Shown here: positions 21,885 through 32,003 of the stretch, piece by piece
How positions within the stretch are numbered: the first letter of the stretch is position 1
Layout: each line of letters starts with the position of its first letter
From: Myxococcales bacterium
GTDB taxonomy: Bacteria > Myxococcota_A > Bradymonadia > REDH01
Direction: 5' to 3'
NCBI GenBank assembly: GCA_947496715.1
Contig: CANMDT010000001.1
Coordinates: forward strand, 1,203 to 65,202
DNA length: 64,000 bases
Translations under genes and position numbers: made by a program
Notes under the pieces: model-generated
What the model was told of the DNA's origin: nothing
Databases searched by the model: none
Seen by the model: only the letters and a program-made list of their open reading frames with translations

Positions 21885-24457
21885 TGGAGGCAGGAAGACT
21901 CGACCCCGTCAGTATCCAGCGGACGCTCAAGCAGATCTACAGGCTCTTCCGCGTCGGCACCTTTCACCAGATCAACAACGATGCGATCCGCGCCGTCATC
22001 GACGAGACACGGGCGATTCTTGAGGAGATCCGACGCGAAGATGTGAAGGAGATCACGCTGCTCTTCGACGGCGAGACCGTGTTGGTGAACAGCCAGATGC
22101 TCCGTGCGAGCCGCGAGGTCTACGAGACCTCCCGCGAGTTCGGAACCTTCCTCGAGGGTCGCGGGGTCAACCTTCTCTCGCTCTCTACCTCGGCCGACAG
22201 CCAAGACCTCCAGGAGCTGGTCGCCTTCTTCCTCGACCCCAGCCAGAAGCCGTCGGTCGAGGGCGAGGTGAAGTTGAGCGAGCGAGTCACGCTGCGGCGG
22301 GTTGAGCCGGGCATGCTGATTGGCTTCGAGGACGAGGGTCTGCACCCTGTGGAGCGGGTGTTGCTGGTCTACGCGCTCACGGTGCTCGTGCTGCGGCGGC
22401 TGCACGAATCGGTGATGGCGCAGGAGTACTCGCTCGCCGGCTACTTCAAGCGGCTCGCTCGCCAGATCGCGCAGATCAACTACGCGGAGCGGCCGGTGGT
22501 GCTGGACGTCATCCTCGCGGCCCATCTGAGCACAGACGACGCGAAGCGAACGGCCAACGCTGCCATCATCGCAGCGGCGATGGTCCGGCAAACGGGCGTA
22601 TCGGAGGCCACAACGGCGCGGGTGGTCATGACGACATTCATGTCGGGCGTCGGCACGGCGCGGCAGCGCAGCCATTACTTCGACGGCAGCGACCCGCTCA
22701 GTGCACTGCTGCATCCCATCTCGGAGAGCGACCGCCAACATGAGCCCGACGGCGCGGCTGCCGCCGTCATAAGGCTCGGCACGCTGCGCGGCGAGGCTGC
22801 GCTTCGCTCCATTGTGGTGCGCGACGCGCGTGCCCGTCTCCTGGGAGAGGCCGACGGCGCCTGGCAGAGACTCTTCGAGTCGCGGGTCGTGGCGACCGCG
22901 CGCCGTTTCATCGATACCCTGACGGGCACGGCCATCGGACAACGCTCTCCGGGGCTGGTCCTCGAAGCGTTGCGGGCTCAGGCTGGCGACGCGCTCGATC
23001 ACCTCTGCCTCGACCTGCTCACCAACGGCATCCGCATCTACCCCGCCGGAACGAGCGTTGAGCTCTCCTCCGGCTGGCTGGCGCTGGTGCTCGAGGCGCC
23101 CTCCAAGCCCTCCGAATTCGACCGCCCGAAGGTGCTGCTCTGCCACGGCCCGGATGGTGCGGCGGCCGACCCACGCGAGGTCAACCTTGTGGAACGGGAG
23201 CATGCCGCGCTTGGCCATGTGAAGCGTATCGCGGAGGTGCCGACGCCTGTTTTGGAGCGACTACGCGCAGAGCGAATCGGAACGCGCTGGCTCGGCAACG
23301 AGCGTAACGCCTCGGTCGCCGTCTGGCGCCAGCAGATGGCTGAGCAGCGTGCCTCGGCCGAGAACTTTAGAGCGGCGCTTGCGCAGGAGACAGACGCGGA
23401 GGCCGTCCAGCGCGATCAGGCCCGGCGCGCAGATGCCGAAGTCTTCGCGACAACCGCGGTCGAAGGGCGCCGCAAGTTCGGCCTGCTGACCAACATCAAC
23501 AAGGGTGCAGCCCACCTTTCGGTGCGGGGTACGACGGCCTTCTTGAAGATCAGCGGCCCGCTCGATCCGCGGCTTACCCCGACCTCGGCAGAGCCAGTCG
23601 TTTCTGCAGGAGGTTTGCGGAGCACGGGCGCCTTCGCGACGTTGTCTACGGGCTCGCACGAGGCCGTGGGTAGCCAAGGTAACAGCGAGAGGGAGTCGGC
23701 ACGTTTCGCAGCAGTTCGAGGTTCGGGGAGCCATCCGCTGGTGCGCCGCAATGACGAGGGGAGTGGCGCCTACGGGTCGGTGGAGTCACGACAGACCGGC
23801 AGCTTCACCGCCGCGCCCTCCATGCCATCCGACCCGCTCGCGGCCGGTGCGAACTATGGAAGCCGCCAGACTGGCTCCTTCGTCGCAGCCGCGCATCGCT
23901 CGGGTTCCCACACGGCTGCGATCCCCGCCGCAGAGACGCTTCCGATGACGACAGCGCTGAGCGCCGATGAAGGATTGCCGGTGGCGGAACAGCATCCCGA
24001 GGCGCAGCCAGAGGTCGCGCCAAGTGAGCCACTCACCGCCGCCGATGTCATCAGACGGCGCCTCAGGCAAACCGCGCAGCTGCCGGCGGCAGCCTCCGTC
24101 ACCGGCCGCGAAGCGACTTCCGAATCGGCGGGCAGCGATCGGCCGCGAACCGCCGCTATTCCGCCTGGGCTCGACCCTGAGTCTGTGCTGCGCGTGGAGA
24201 CAGACCAACTCGCGCCCCCGCCCGCGCCTACCCCCACCCGCTCCACCGCAGCCCTACTCCGGAAGTATGCGCGGCGCATCGATGCCCAGCCTGCGGCGAC
24301 CGACGCGACGCCCGTGGTGACCGACGCGGCGCCCGTGGTGACCGACGCGACGCCCGTGGTGACCGACGCGACGCCCGTGGTGACCGATGCGACGCCGGCG
24401 GCGGCAACCGACCTCGACGCGCTCCTGGCCGCCTATCTCGGCGATAAGAAGCCCTAA
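21884..24457 (+). CDS. Degenerate HD-GYP-like protein with long disordered C-terminus
   Basis: ATG 21884 overlaps the upstream TGA; IYPAGTSVELSSGWLALV..RPKV resembles the HD-GYP C-terminal tail; no HD or GYP motif. Confidence 0.55.
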   Translation: MEAGRLDPVSIQRTLKQIYRLFRVGTFHQINNDAIRAVIDETRAILEEIRREDVKEITLLFDGETVLVNSQMLRASREVYETSREFGTFLEGRGVNLLSLSTSADSQDLQELVAFFLDPSQKPSVEGEVKLSERVTLRRVEPGMLIGFEDEGLHPVERVLLVYALTVLVLRRLHESVMAQEYSLAGYFKRLARQIAQINYAERPVVLDVILAAHLSTDDAKRTANAAIIAAAMVRQTGVSEATTARVVMTTFMSGVGTARQRSHYFDGSDPLSALLHPISESDRQHEPDGAAAAVIRLGTLRGEAALRSIVVRDARARLLGEADGAWQRLFESRVVATARRFIDTLTGTAIGQRSPGLVLEALRAQAGDALDHLCLDLLTNGIRIYPAGTSVELSSGWLALVLEAPSKPSEFDRPKVLLCHGPDGAAADPREVNLVEREHAALGHVKRIAEVPTPVLERLRAERIGTRWLGNERNASVAVWRQQMAEQRASAENFRAALAQETDAEAVQRDQARRADAEVFATTAVEGRRKFGLLTNINKGAAHLSVRGTTAFLKISGPLDPRLTPTSAEPVVSAGGLRSTGAFATLSTGSHEAVGSQGNSERESARFAAVRGSGSHPLVRRNDEGSGAYGSVESRQTGSFTAAPSMPSDPLAAGANYGSRQTGSFVAAAHRSGSHTAAIPAAETLPMTTALSADEGLPVAEQHPEAQPEVAPSEPLTAADVIRRRLRQTAQLPAAASVTGREATSESAGSDRPRTAAIPPGLDPESVLRVETDQLAPPPAPTPTRSTAALLRKYARRIDAQPAATDATPVVTDAAPVVTDATPVVTDATPVVTDATPAAATDLDALLAAYLGDKKP
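24299..24397 (+). repeat. 21-bp coding tandem repeat (TDATPVV, about 4.7 copies)
   Basis: accgacgcgacgcccgtggtg repeated with single substitutions. Confidence 0.9.
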
Positions 24458-24514
24458 GGTCCGCACCCTCCGACCGCCGGCCGCATCTGATGAGCCGAGC
24501 AACGGAGCATCGCC

Positions 24515-25894
24515 ATGACCGCGACCAAAAAAGCCTTCCTCTTCCGAAGAGACCTTCGCCTCTACGACAACATCGGCCTAACTGCGGCGCTCGAGCAAGG
24601 TGAGGTGCTGCCAATCTTCTGTCTCGACCCGCGACAGGGGCCCGGCCACCGCTACTTCTCGACCTTCGGTTTCGGCTTCATGGCCGACGCACTGCGCGAC
24701 CTCGATAGCCAGCTCCGCACCCTCGGCTCGGCGCTCGAAATCCTCCCGATGCGCAGCGATGAGCTACCCGCCTGGCTCGAGAAGCGAGGCATCGGATCGC
24801 TGGTCTGGAACCGAGACTACACGCCGTTCAGCGTGGAGCGAGACGGCGCACTCGAGGCTGCCTGCCACGCGCGCGGCATCGAGACAGCTTCGTTCGACGA
24901 CTCGGTGCTGTATGAGCCGGGTTCCGTCAGGCAGCCCGGCGGCGACGGCTACAAGGTCTTCACGCCCTTCTACAAGCGGGCCATCACGCTGCCTGTCCCA
25001 CGGCCACAGCCGCTTCCCGAGACGGCACGCTTTATCCCTGCCTCCGATGCGACCGCGGGGTGGGACCGGCTCACGGCAATCGAGGCAGCTTCCGGCCCCA
25101 AGCCGCGCCTCCGCGGCGGGCGCAAGACGGCCGAACTGCACCTGAGCCGAATCGAATCGCTCGTCGATTACGATGCGCTGCGGAACCTACCCGGCGTGGA
25201 GGGCACCACGGAGCTCTCGCCCCACCTCAAGTTCGGAACCGTCTCGCCGCGCGAGGTCTGCTGGCGCAGCCGTGACGCGCACGGACAGGGCCACGGCATC
25301 GAGCGCGAGCTCCACTGGCGCGAGTTCTTCCTCCACCTCTGCCACCAGTTCCCGCAGGTCTATGGCCGCCCCTTCCGCCAGGAGTTCGAGGCCGTGGCCT
25401 GGCAGAACGACCCCAACGACTGGGCGCGCTGGGTGGCTGGCACGACGGGCTACCCCATCGTTGACGCCGGCATGCGTGAGCTCGCGCAGACGGGTTCGAT
25501 GCACAACCGGGTGCGCATGATCGTGGCCAGCTTCCTCGTCAAAGACCTGCTCATCGACTGGCGCGAGGGCGAGGCCTACTTCGCTCAAAAGCTGACCGAC
25601 TACGACCCAGCCGTGAACAACGGCTCCTGGCAGTGGGCGGCATCCACGGGCGCAGATGCGGCGCCCTACTTCCGCATCTTCAACCCGTGGCTGCAGCAGG
25701 TGAAGTTCGACACTGAGGCTTCCTACATCAAGCGCTGGGTGCCGGAGCTCGCATCCCTTCCAGCGGCGGACATCCACGCTCTCCTCGACACGCCCCCCCT
25801 CCGGCCCGAAGGCTATCCCGCTCCGATGGTGGACCACCGGATGGCAGCCGAAAGGGCGAAGGCGGCCTTCGGTGTGGCAGCCCGCCGCGAGTAG
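24515..25894 (+). CDS. phrB: Deoxyribodipyrimidine photolyase (class I CPD photolyase)
   Basis: FRRDLRLYDN, YKVFTPFY, LSPHLKFG, TGYPIVDAGMREL, MHNRVRMIVASFL, NNGSWQW and YFRIFNP. Confidence 0.93.
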   Translation: MTATKKAFLFRRDLRLYDNIGLTAALEQGEVLPIFCLDPRQGPGHRYFSTFGFGFMADALRDLDSQLRTLGSALEILPMRSDELPAWLEKRGIGSLVWNRDYTPFSVERDGALEAACHARGIETASFDDSVLYEPGSVRQPGGDGYKVFTPFYKRAITLPVPRPQPLPETARFIPASDATAGWDRLTAIEAASGPKPRLRGGRKTAELHLSRIESLVDYDALRNLPGVEGTTELSPHLKFGTVSPREVCWRSRDAHGQGHGIERELHWREFFLHLCHQFPQVYGRPFRQEFEAVAWQNDPNDWARWVAGTTGYPIVDAGMRELAQTGSMHNRVRMIVASFLVKDLLIDWREGEAYFAQKLTDYDPAVNNGSWQWAASTGADAAPYFRIFNPWLQQVKFDTEASYIKRWVPELASLPAADIHALLDTPPLRPEGYPAPMVDHRMAAERAKAAFGVAARRE

Positions 25895-25963
25895 CGCGAG
25901 GCTTGGCATCGGCCCGCCCTACGGTTAGCAGATCGGCATCAATCTACCCGCTCGGTGAAGCCC

Positions 25964-28900
25964 ATGACAACTCTCCGCTCCCTCCGTATCGCGCTCGCGC
26001 TTCCGCTCGCGCTTGCTGCCTGCAGCGATGATCCTGCGCGCTCCGGCGGAGGTACCGATACCTCCAGCAACACGCAGACCGACACCGCCATTATCGACAG
26101 CGGTGCCGATTCCACCGTCGACAGCAGCTCCGGAGATACGTCGAGCGAAGACACCGAACTCCAAGACACCGCGCCCGATGGCTCCGGTGACACCTCCATC
26201 GAAGACACCGCGCCCGACGGCTCCGGCGACACCGACACGGGAGACACCTCGCCACCGTCGACGGCCATCGTCATCAGCGAGCTGATGAAGGACCCCTGCG
26301 CCGTCTCCGACGGCGTCGGCGAGTGGTTCGAGGTCACCAACATCTCCGCCGCCCCCTACGATCTCCGCGGCGTGGTCATCTCGGACGACGGCAGCGACAG
26401 CCATACCATCACCGGCGCCGATCCCATCCTCGTGACGCCAGGCGCAACCTTCTTGCTCGCTGCCAGCGGTGATACCGCCGTCAACGGAGGCCTCACGCCA
26501 GGCTACGTCTACAGCGGCCTGCTGCTGGCCAACGGCGACGACGCGATCGTCCTCACGGCAGCCGACGGCTCGCTGCTCGACGCCGTGCGCTACACCCGAA
26601 CCGGCTTCCCCAACACAGCCTGCGCCTCACTCTCCCTCGCCGACGCCAGCGCCGGCAGCATCGCCAACGATGATGGCGCCGGCTGGTGCGACGGCTCAGC
26701 CCTCTACAACCTCCGCGACGCAGGCACGCCAGGCGCCACAAACAGCGCCTGCCCTGCGCCGCCCACGGTCGACCGCTGCCGCCTTGTTGCGCCAACCTTC
26801 CTCGAAGCGCGCCCCGGCGATGAACTCACCGCTGTCGCCTCGCTCATCGCTCCAGGACTCACCGACCGCTCCACCGCCACCGACACCAATGCGCGACTCC
26901 GGTTTGAGGTAGGCTTCGGGACGAGCGATACAACGCCGGACGCCGCTTGGATCTGGTCGCCCATCGCAGCCGACACGACCTGGGCCGAGTCCACCGAAGC
27001 AGCCCTCGACCAGTATGCCGGCACCTTCGCGGCGCCCACGACCGGAAGCTACGATGTCGCCGCCCGTGTCTCGCTCGACAACGGTCTCACCTGGACACTC
27101 TGTGACCTCGCGGTCGACGGCTCAGACGGTTCGCTCGACGGCTACCAGCCGAGCAACGCCGGCAAGCTGACAGTGCTCGGCATCTGCGACCCCAACCCCT
27201 GTATCACCCCCCCTGCGACCATCTGCAACCTCGCCGGCTCGGGCATCATCTCCTACGGCGCGGGCAGCTGCACCGAGGTCGCCGGCCGCGGCGTCTGCGA
27301 CTATCCCGCCACCCCCACGGCCTGCGCGCCGGGCCAGGTCTGCATCGACGCCATCTGTACCCAACCGCCCAGCGCGCCAACCGAGGCCGGTCAGGTGATC
27401 GTCTCCGAGTTCATGCCCCAGTCCATCGGCGGCACAGACAACGGCGAGTGGGTCGAACTCCACAACACCACCACCACCGCCTTCAACATCCGGAACTGCA
27501 TCCTCGGCGAAGGCACGACCGATGCCCACACCATCGCACGCGAACTGATCGTCCCTGCCGGCGGCTACCGCGTGCTCGCCCGGAGCGCCGACCCCGTCGC
27601 CAACCACGGCCTCACGCCAGACTACATCTATTCCGGCTTCAGCCTCCGAAACACCGCAGACAGCATCATCCTCACCTGCGCCGGCACCGAGATCGATCGC
27701 CGCGACTACACCGCCGCCGATGTACAGCTCGGCGTGTCGCGGCAGCTCGACAGCGACCACCTCGATGGCGCCGCCAACGATGTCGCTTTGAACTGGTGCG
27801 AGAGCCGCGCCACCTATGGCACCGCGGGCAAGTTCGGAACGCCCGGCAGCGCAAACCGGAGCTGCAGCCCGGACCCTGTTGCCGTGAACTGGTGCCGGCT
27901 CCAGGCGCCTGCATCGGCCGTCGTCACGGAGGGAACCTCCAGCAGCTGGTCGGGCCGCCTCTACATCGCCGGCCTCACCACGCTGACCACCGGCGTCGAC
28001 CCCTACGGCTCGCTTCGCGCGGAGGTCGGATTCGGCCCCGCCGACATCGACCCGACCAGCACGCCGACCGCCTGGAGCTGGGCCACCGCCCTCCCCAGCC
28101 CCGGCTATAACGCCACCACCGCCGGCGAGCCCAACAACGATGAGTATGTCGGGACGCTCGTCGCGCCGACGCCGCAGTCGAGCCGCGTCGCCTTCCGCTT
28201 CTCCGGCAATGGTGGCACCAGCTGGACCTACTGCGACCGCAACATCGGCGCCGGTGCCGATGGCGCAGAGAACGGCTTCGCGCTCGCAGACGCCGGCACG
28301 CTGCTGAGCCTCTCCTCCGCAATCTGCGAACCCAACCCCTGCACCCTCCCGCTGCCTGACTACTGCGCAGACGGCTTCACCGCCGCCGCCTATCTGCCGA
28401 CCGGCGTATGCGCGCCGCTCGCAGACGGAACGCCGGAGTGCACCTTTGAGACCACGCTCACCAACTGTCTCACCGCCGAGCAGCGCTGCAGCGGCGGGCA
28501 ATGCGTAGACGCCGCGCCCGCTCCGTCGACGGCCGGCGCCCTCGTCTTCACAGAGGTCATGGCCGCCTCCCAGGCGGGCACTGGCGACCGCGGCGAATGG
28601 TTCGAGATCTCCAACACCACCGCGGAGCCACTCGACCTCTCGCGCTGCACCATCACGGATGACGGCTCCGACATCCACGACATCGCCGGCCCCCTCGTCA
28701 TCCCCGCCGGCGGCACCCTGCTGCTGGCCCGCTCCTCCAACACGGTCGAGAACCACGGCATCACCCCCGACTACACCTACGCCGGCATCACCCTCGGCAA
28801 CACCGCCGACGCGCTGAATCTCACCTGTGACGGGCTGCTCATCGACCGCATCGCCTGGACAGCCGGCTTCAGCATCGCGGGAACTGCACGGCAGCTCGAC

Positions 28901-31762
28901 CGCGACCTCATCAACGCCGATGCGAACGACCTGCTCGACAACTGGTGCGCCGCCCGCGCCACCTACGGCACCGACGGCAAGTTCGGCTCCCCGGGCGAGC
29001 CCAACGCCAGCTGCGCGCCTGTGACCTACAGCATCGACTGGTGCCGGCTGCAGTACCCAACCGCCGCGCAGGTCACCGAGGGCAACGAGGTCACCGTCTA
29101 TGGCCGCCTTTACATCGCCGGCCTCACCACGCTCACCATCGCCATCGACCCCGCAGCAGAGGTCTCGGGGCAGGTCGGCTACGGCCCGCGAGGCAGCAAC
29201 CCCGGCGACCCCGGCTGGTCCTGGTTCGACGCCACACCCAACGCCACCTGGGACAGCCTCTCCTTCTCCGAAACGGCGAACGACGAGTACCAGGCACAGC
29301 TCGCCGCGCCTGCCTTCGGAGCAACCAACAGCTACGATTTCGCCTTCCGCTTCTCAGGCGATTCCCGCGCAACCTGGACCTACTGCGACCGCAACGCAGG
29401 CGCAGGCTCCGACGGCGCGCAAGACGGCTATCAGGCAGCCAATGCGGGCCAGCTTTCGGTACTCTCTGCCGATATCTGCATCCCCAACCCCTGCGCGGCG
29501 CCACCGGCCAACAGCTGCATCAACAGCACCACCCTGCTCACCCAGCTCCCCGCACTCTGCTCGAACAACGGCGCCGGCGGCTTCACCTGCGACTACCCGA
29601 CCAGCATCACCAGCTGCGCCGCGGACGAGGCCTGTGCAGACGGTGCCTGCGTCACCACCATCTTCGCACCCGCAGCACGCGGAGACCTCTACTTTACCGA
29701 AATCATGGCCGCCTCTGGGAGCACGGCTGGCGCCGACGCCGGCGAGTGGTTCGAAATGCGCAACGCCACCGCAGCACCCCTTAACCTCGAAGGCTGCGAG
29801 CTCAGCGATGCCGCCGCCACCACCCACATCATCGCCTCGACGCTGGTCGTCGGGGCGGGCCAGACCGCGCTCTTCGCACGCAACGCAGCAGAGGTTGCTC
29901 TGCTCGGCGCAACCGCGAACTACGAGTACCGCGGCATCGCCCTCAACAACACGGGCGAGTCGCTCTATCTGCGCTGCGGAGGCCTCCTTATCGACGAGGT
30001 GACCATCACGACGGCGCAGACGGTCCCCGGCACCGCCATCCAGCTCTCCCCTGCCGGCATTGGCGCCGATGCGAACGACACGGCGAGCAACTGGTGCCTC
30101 GCCAGCACGCCCATCCCGAGCTCCACACTGCTCGCCACACCCGGCACAGGCAATGCCCTCTGCGGCAACGAGCCGCTCACCATCGGCTGGTGCCGCCTGC
30201 AGTGGCCGCTCGACCCGACGGTTGCCGCCGGCACCTCCTTCACCACCTATGGCCGCCTCTACATCGCCGGCCTCACAGACCGCGACAACGGCAACAATCC
30301 GGACGCCCGTATCACCGCACAAGCGGGATTCGGAGACCCCGGAACGCTGCCCGACACCGCCTCCTGGAGCTGGACCGGCGCGACCCCCGAGCTCACCTAC
30401 CCCGGCGCGAACGCCGAGGCTGCCAATGACGAGTACAGCACCTCGCTCAGCATCCCCGCAGACCGCGCCTCGAACGCCGACTTCGGCTTCCGCTTCTCGG
30501 GCGATGGAGGCACCACCTGGACCTACTGCGATCGCAACGCCGGACCCGACGCAGACGGCGCGGAGGGCGGCTTCCAGCCCGCCAACGCAGGTCACGCTTC
30601 CGTCACGGGCGCCTGCGCTCCCAACCCCTGCCTGAGCGTCCCCGCCGACGGCTGCGCAGACGGCACCACCGTGCGCAACTACAGCCCGACCGGAACCTGC
30701 TCCATCCTCTCGGGGAGCGCGAGCTGCGACTACACCTACCTCGACACCGCCTGTGGCTCAGGCCTTGTCTGCCTCGCCGGCGCCTGTTCCGCACCGCCCC
30801 CGCCCATCGCTGCGGGCGAGATTGTCTTCACCGAACTGCTCGCGCGCGGCTCCCAGATCGCCGACAACGCAGCGGACGACCTCGACGAGTTCATTGAACT
30901 CTACAACACGACCAGCCGCTCGATCGACCTCGCCGGCTGCACGCTGGATGCCACCGGTTCTGCGTCGGGTCTCACCCGCTTCACGCTCCCCGCAGGCACC
31001 GTTCTGCCGGCCGCAAGCTATCGCGCCCTCTTCCGCGCAAGCGCCACCGCCACGCGGCCTCCGGGTAGCCTCTCGGTCGTGGGGCTCTCGCTGCCCGATG
31101 ATGTCACCACGCTCTCGCTCACCTGCGCCGCCACGGTCATCGATGGCGCCACCATCTCGGCATCGCTCGTCTGGGCAGGCGTCGCAGCGCAGCTCGACCC
31201 CACCCGGCTCAACCTCGCCGCCTCCGACAGCGCCGCAGACTGGTGCGCCGCCTCCACCGGACTCGGCTCTCAGCTCCTCGGCACGCCAGGCACAGTAGGT
31301 GGCCCCTGCCCCACCGGCACCATCACAGGCGGCCAGTGGTGCAGGCTCCAATATCCGACAGACATCGATACCACGGCGGGCACCTCCGTCGCACTCTACG
31401 GCCGTATCTACCTTGACGGCATCTCCACCCGCTCCGACGCGGTGAATCCGGACCCGCGCCTCCGCCTGCGCTGGGGCTTCGGCCCCGCAGGATCAGACCC
31501 GGCCGCCGGTGGCTGGACCTGGAAAGCCGCCGTCCCGAACGCCTTCTGGAACGCTGCCACCGCAGGCGAACCCAACAACGATGAGTACTGGGTCGAGAGC
31601 TCCATGCCCGCCGCCTCCGGCTCGCCCTACGCCCACGCCTTCAGCATGAGCCGCGATTCCGGCGCCACCTGGATCTACTGCGACCGCAATGCCGGTGGTG
31701 GCTCCGATGGATACGCCGACGGCTACCAGACCGCGAACGCCGGTTCGCTCCTCGTGCGATGA
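25964..31762 (+). CDS. Giant surface lipoprotein with five lamin-tail-domain (LTD) modules
   Basis: Lipobox LAAC; five (I/F)(S/T)E(L/F/V/I)...E(W/F)xE LTD-like units, each followed by a CRL(Q/V)xP domain, with Cys-rich CxPNPC spacers between modules. Confidence 0.8.
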   Translation: MTTLRSLRIALALPLALAACSDDPARSGGGTDTSSNTQTDTAIIDSGADSTVDSSSGDTSSEDTELQDTAPDGSGDTSIEDTAPDGSGDTDTGDTSPPSTAIVISELMKDPCAVSDGVGEWFEVTNISAAPYDLRGVVISDDGSDSHTITGADPILVTPGATFLLAASGDTAVNGGLTPGYVYSGLLLANGDDAIVLTAADGSLLDAVRYTRTGFPNTACASLSLADASAGSIANDDGAGWCDGSALYNLRDAGTPGATNSACPAPPTVDRCRLVAPTFLEARPGDELTAVASLIAPGLTDRSTATDTNARLRFEVGFGTSDTTPDAAWIWSPIAADTTWAESTEAALDQYAGTFAAPTTGSYDVAARVSLDNGLTWTLCDLAVDGSDGSLDGYQPSNAGKLTVLGICDPNPCITPPATICNLAGSGIISYGAGSCTEVAGRGVCDYPATPTACAPGQVCIDAICTQPPSAPTEAGQVIVSEFMPQSIGGTDNGEWVELHNTTTTAFNIRNCILGEGTTDAHTIARELIVPAGGYRVLARSADPVANHGLTPDYIYSGFSLRNTADSIILTCAGTEIDRRDYTAADVQLGVSRQLDSDHLDGAANDVALNWCESRATYGTAGKFGTPGSANRSCSPDPVAVNWCRLQAPASAVVTEGTSSSWSGRLYIAGLTTLTTGVDPYGSLRAEVGFGPADIDPTSTPTAWSWATALPSPGYNATTAGEPNNDEYVGTLVAPTPQSSRVAFRFSGNGGTSWTYCDRNIGAGADGAENGFALADAGTLLSLSSAICEPNPCTLPLPDYCADGFTAAAYLPTGVCAPLADGTPECTFETTLTNCLTAEQRCSGGQCVDAAPAPSTAGALVFTEVMAASQAGTGDRGEWFEISNTTAEPLDLSRCTITDDGSDIHDIAGPLVIPAGGTLLLARSSNTVENHGITPDYTYAGITLGNTADALNLTCDGLLIDRIAWTAGFSIAGTARQLDRDLINADANDLLDNWCAARATYGTDGKFGSPGEPNASCAPVTYSIDWCRLQYPTAAQVTEGNEVTVYGRLYIAGLTTLTIAIDPAAEVSGQVGYGPRGSNPGDPGWSWFDATPNATWDSLSFSETANDEYQAQLAAPAFGATNSYDFAFRFSGDSRATWTYCDRNAGAGSDGAQDGYQAANAGQLSVLSADICIPNPCAAPPANSCINSTTLLTQLPALCSNNGAGGFTCDYPTSITSCAADEACADGACVTTIFAPAARGDLYFTEIMAASGSTAGADAGEWFEMRNATAAPLNLEGCELSDAAATTHIIASTLVVGAGQTALFARNAAEVALLGATANYEYRGIALNNTGESLYLRCGGLLIDEVTITTAQTVPGTAIQLSPAGIGADANDTASNWCLASTPIPSSTLLATPGTGNALCGNEPLTIGWCRLQWPLDPTVAAGTSFTTYGRLYIAGLTDRDNGNNPDARITAQAGFGDPGTLPDTASWSWTGATPELTYPGANAEAANDEYSTSLSIPADRASNADFGFRFSGDGGTTWTYCDRNAGPDADGAEGGFQPANAGHASVTGACAPNPCLSVPADGCADGTTVRNYSPTGTCSILSGSASCDYTYLDTACGSGLVCLAGACSAPPPPIAAGEIVFTELLARGSQIADNAADDLDEFIELYNTTSRSIDLAGCTLDATGSASGLTRFTLPAGTVLPAASYRALFRASATATRPPGSLSVVGLSLPDDVTTLSLTCAATVIDGATISASLVWAGVAAQLDPTRLNLAASDSAADWCAASTGLGSQLLGTPGTVGGPCPTGTITGGQWCRLQYPTDIDTTAGTSVALYGRIYLDGISTRSDAVNPDPRLRLRWGFGPAGSDPAAGGWTWKAAVPNAFWNAATAGEPNNDEYWVESSMPAASGSPYAHAFSMSRDSGATWIYCDRNAGGGSDGYADGYQTANAGSLLVR

Positions 31763-32003
31763 GCCAACAGGCAGCCGACGACGCTGCACTTGTCACACGC
31801 GGGTGACGCAAGCGGGAGGCAGCCCTAGAACACTCCGGGCTGCGACAGTCGGCGCGCAGACGGCGACAGAGACCGCGCCTATCTCGCCCGGCTCCGTTCC
31901 AGCGGGAGACCCTGCGATCGTGACAATTCGGAGACATCCGACGCCTCTGCTGCTACCTTCAGCGCTCCGGTAACTCCCTCCCTTGTACCCAGCAGCGGCA
32001 CCC

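Noticed and set aside
24299-24397. CRISPR-like repeats
   Set aside because: Contiguous in-frame tandem repeats without spacers; no cas genes
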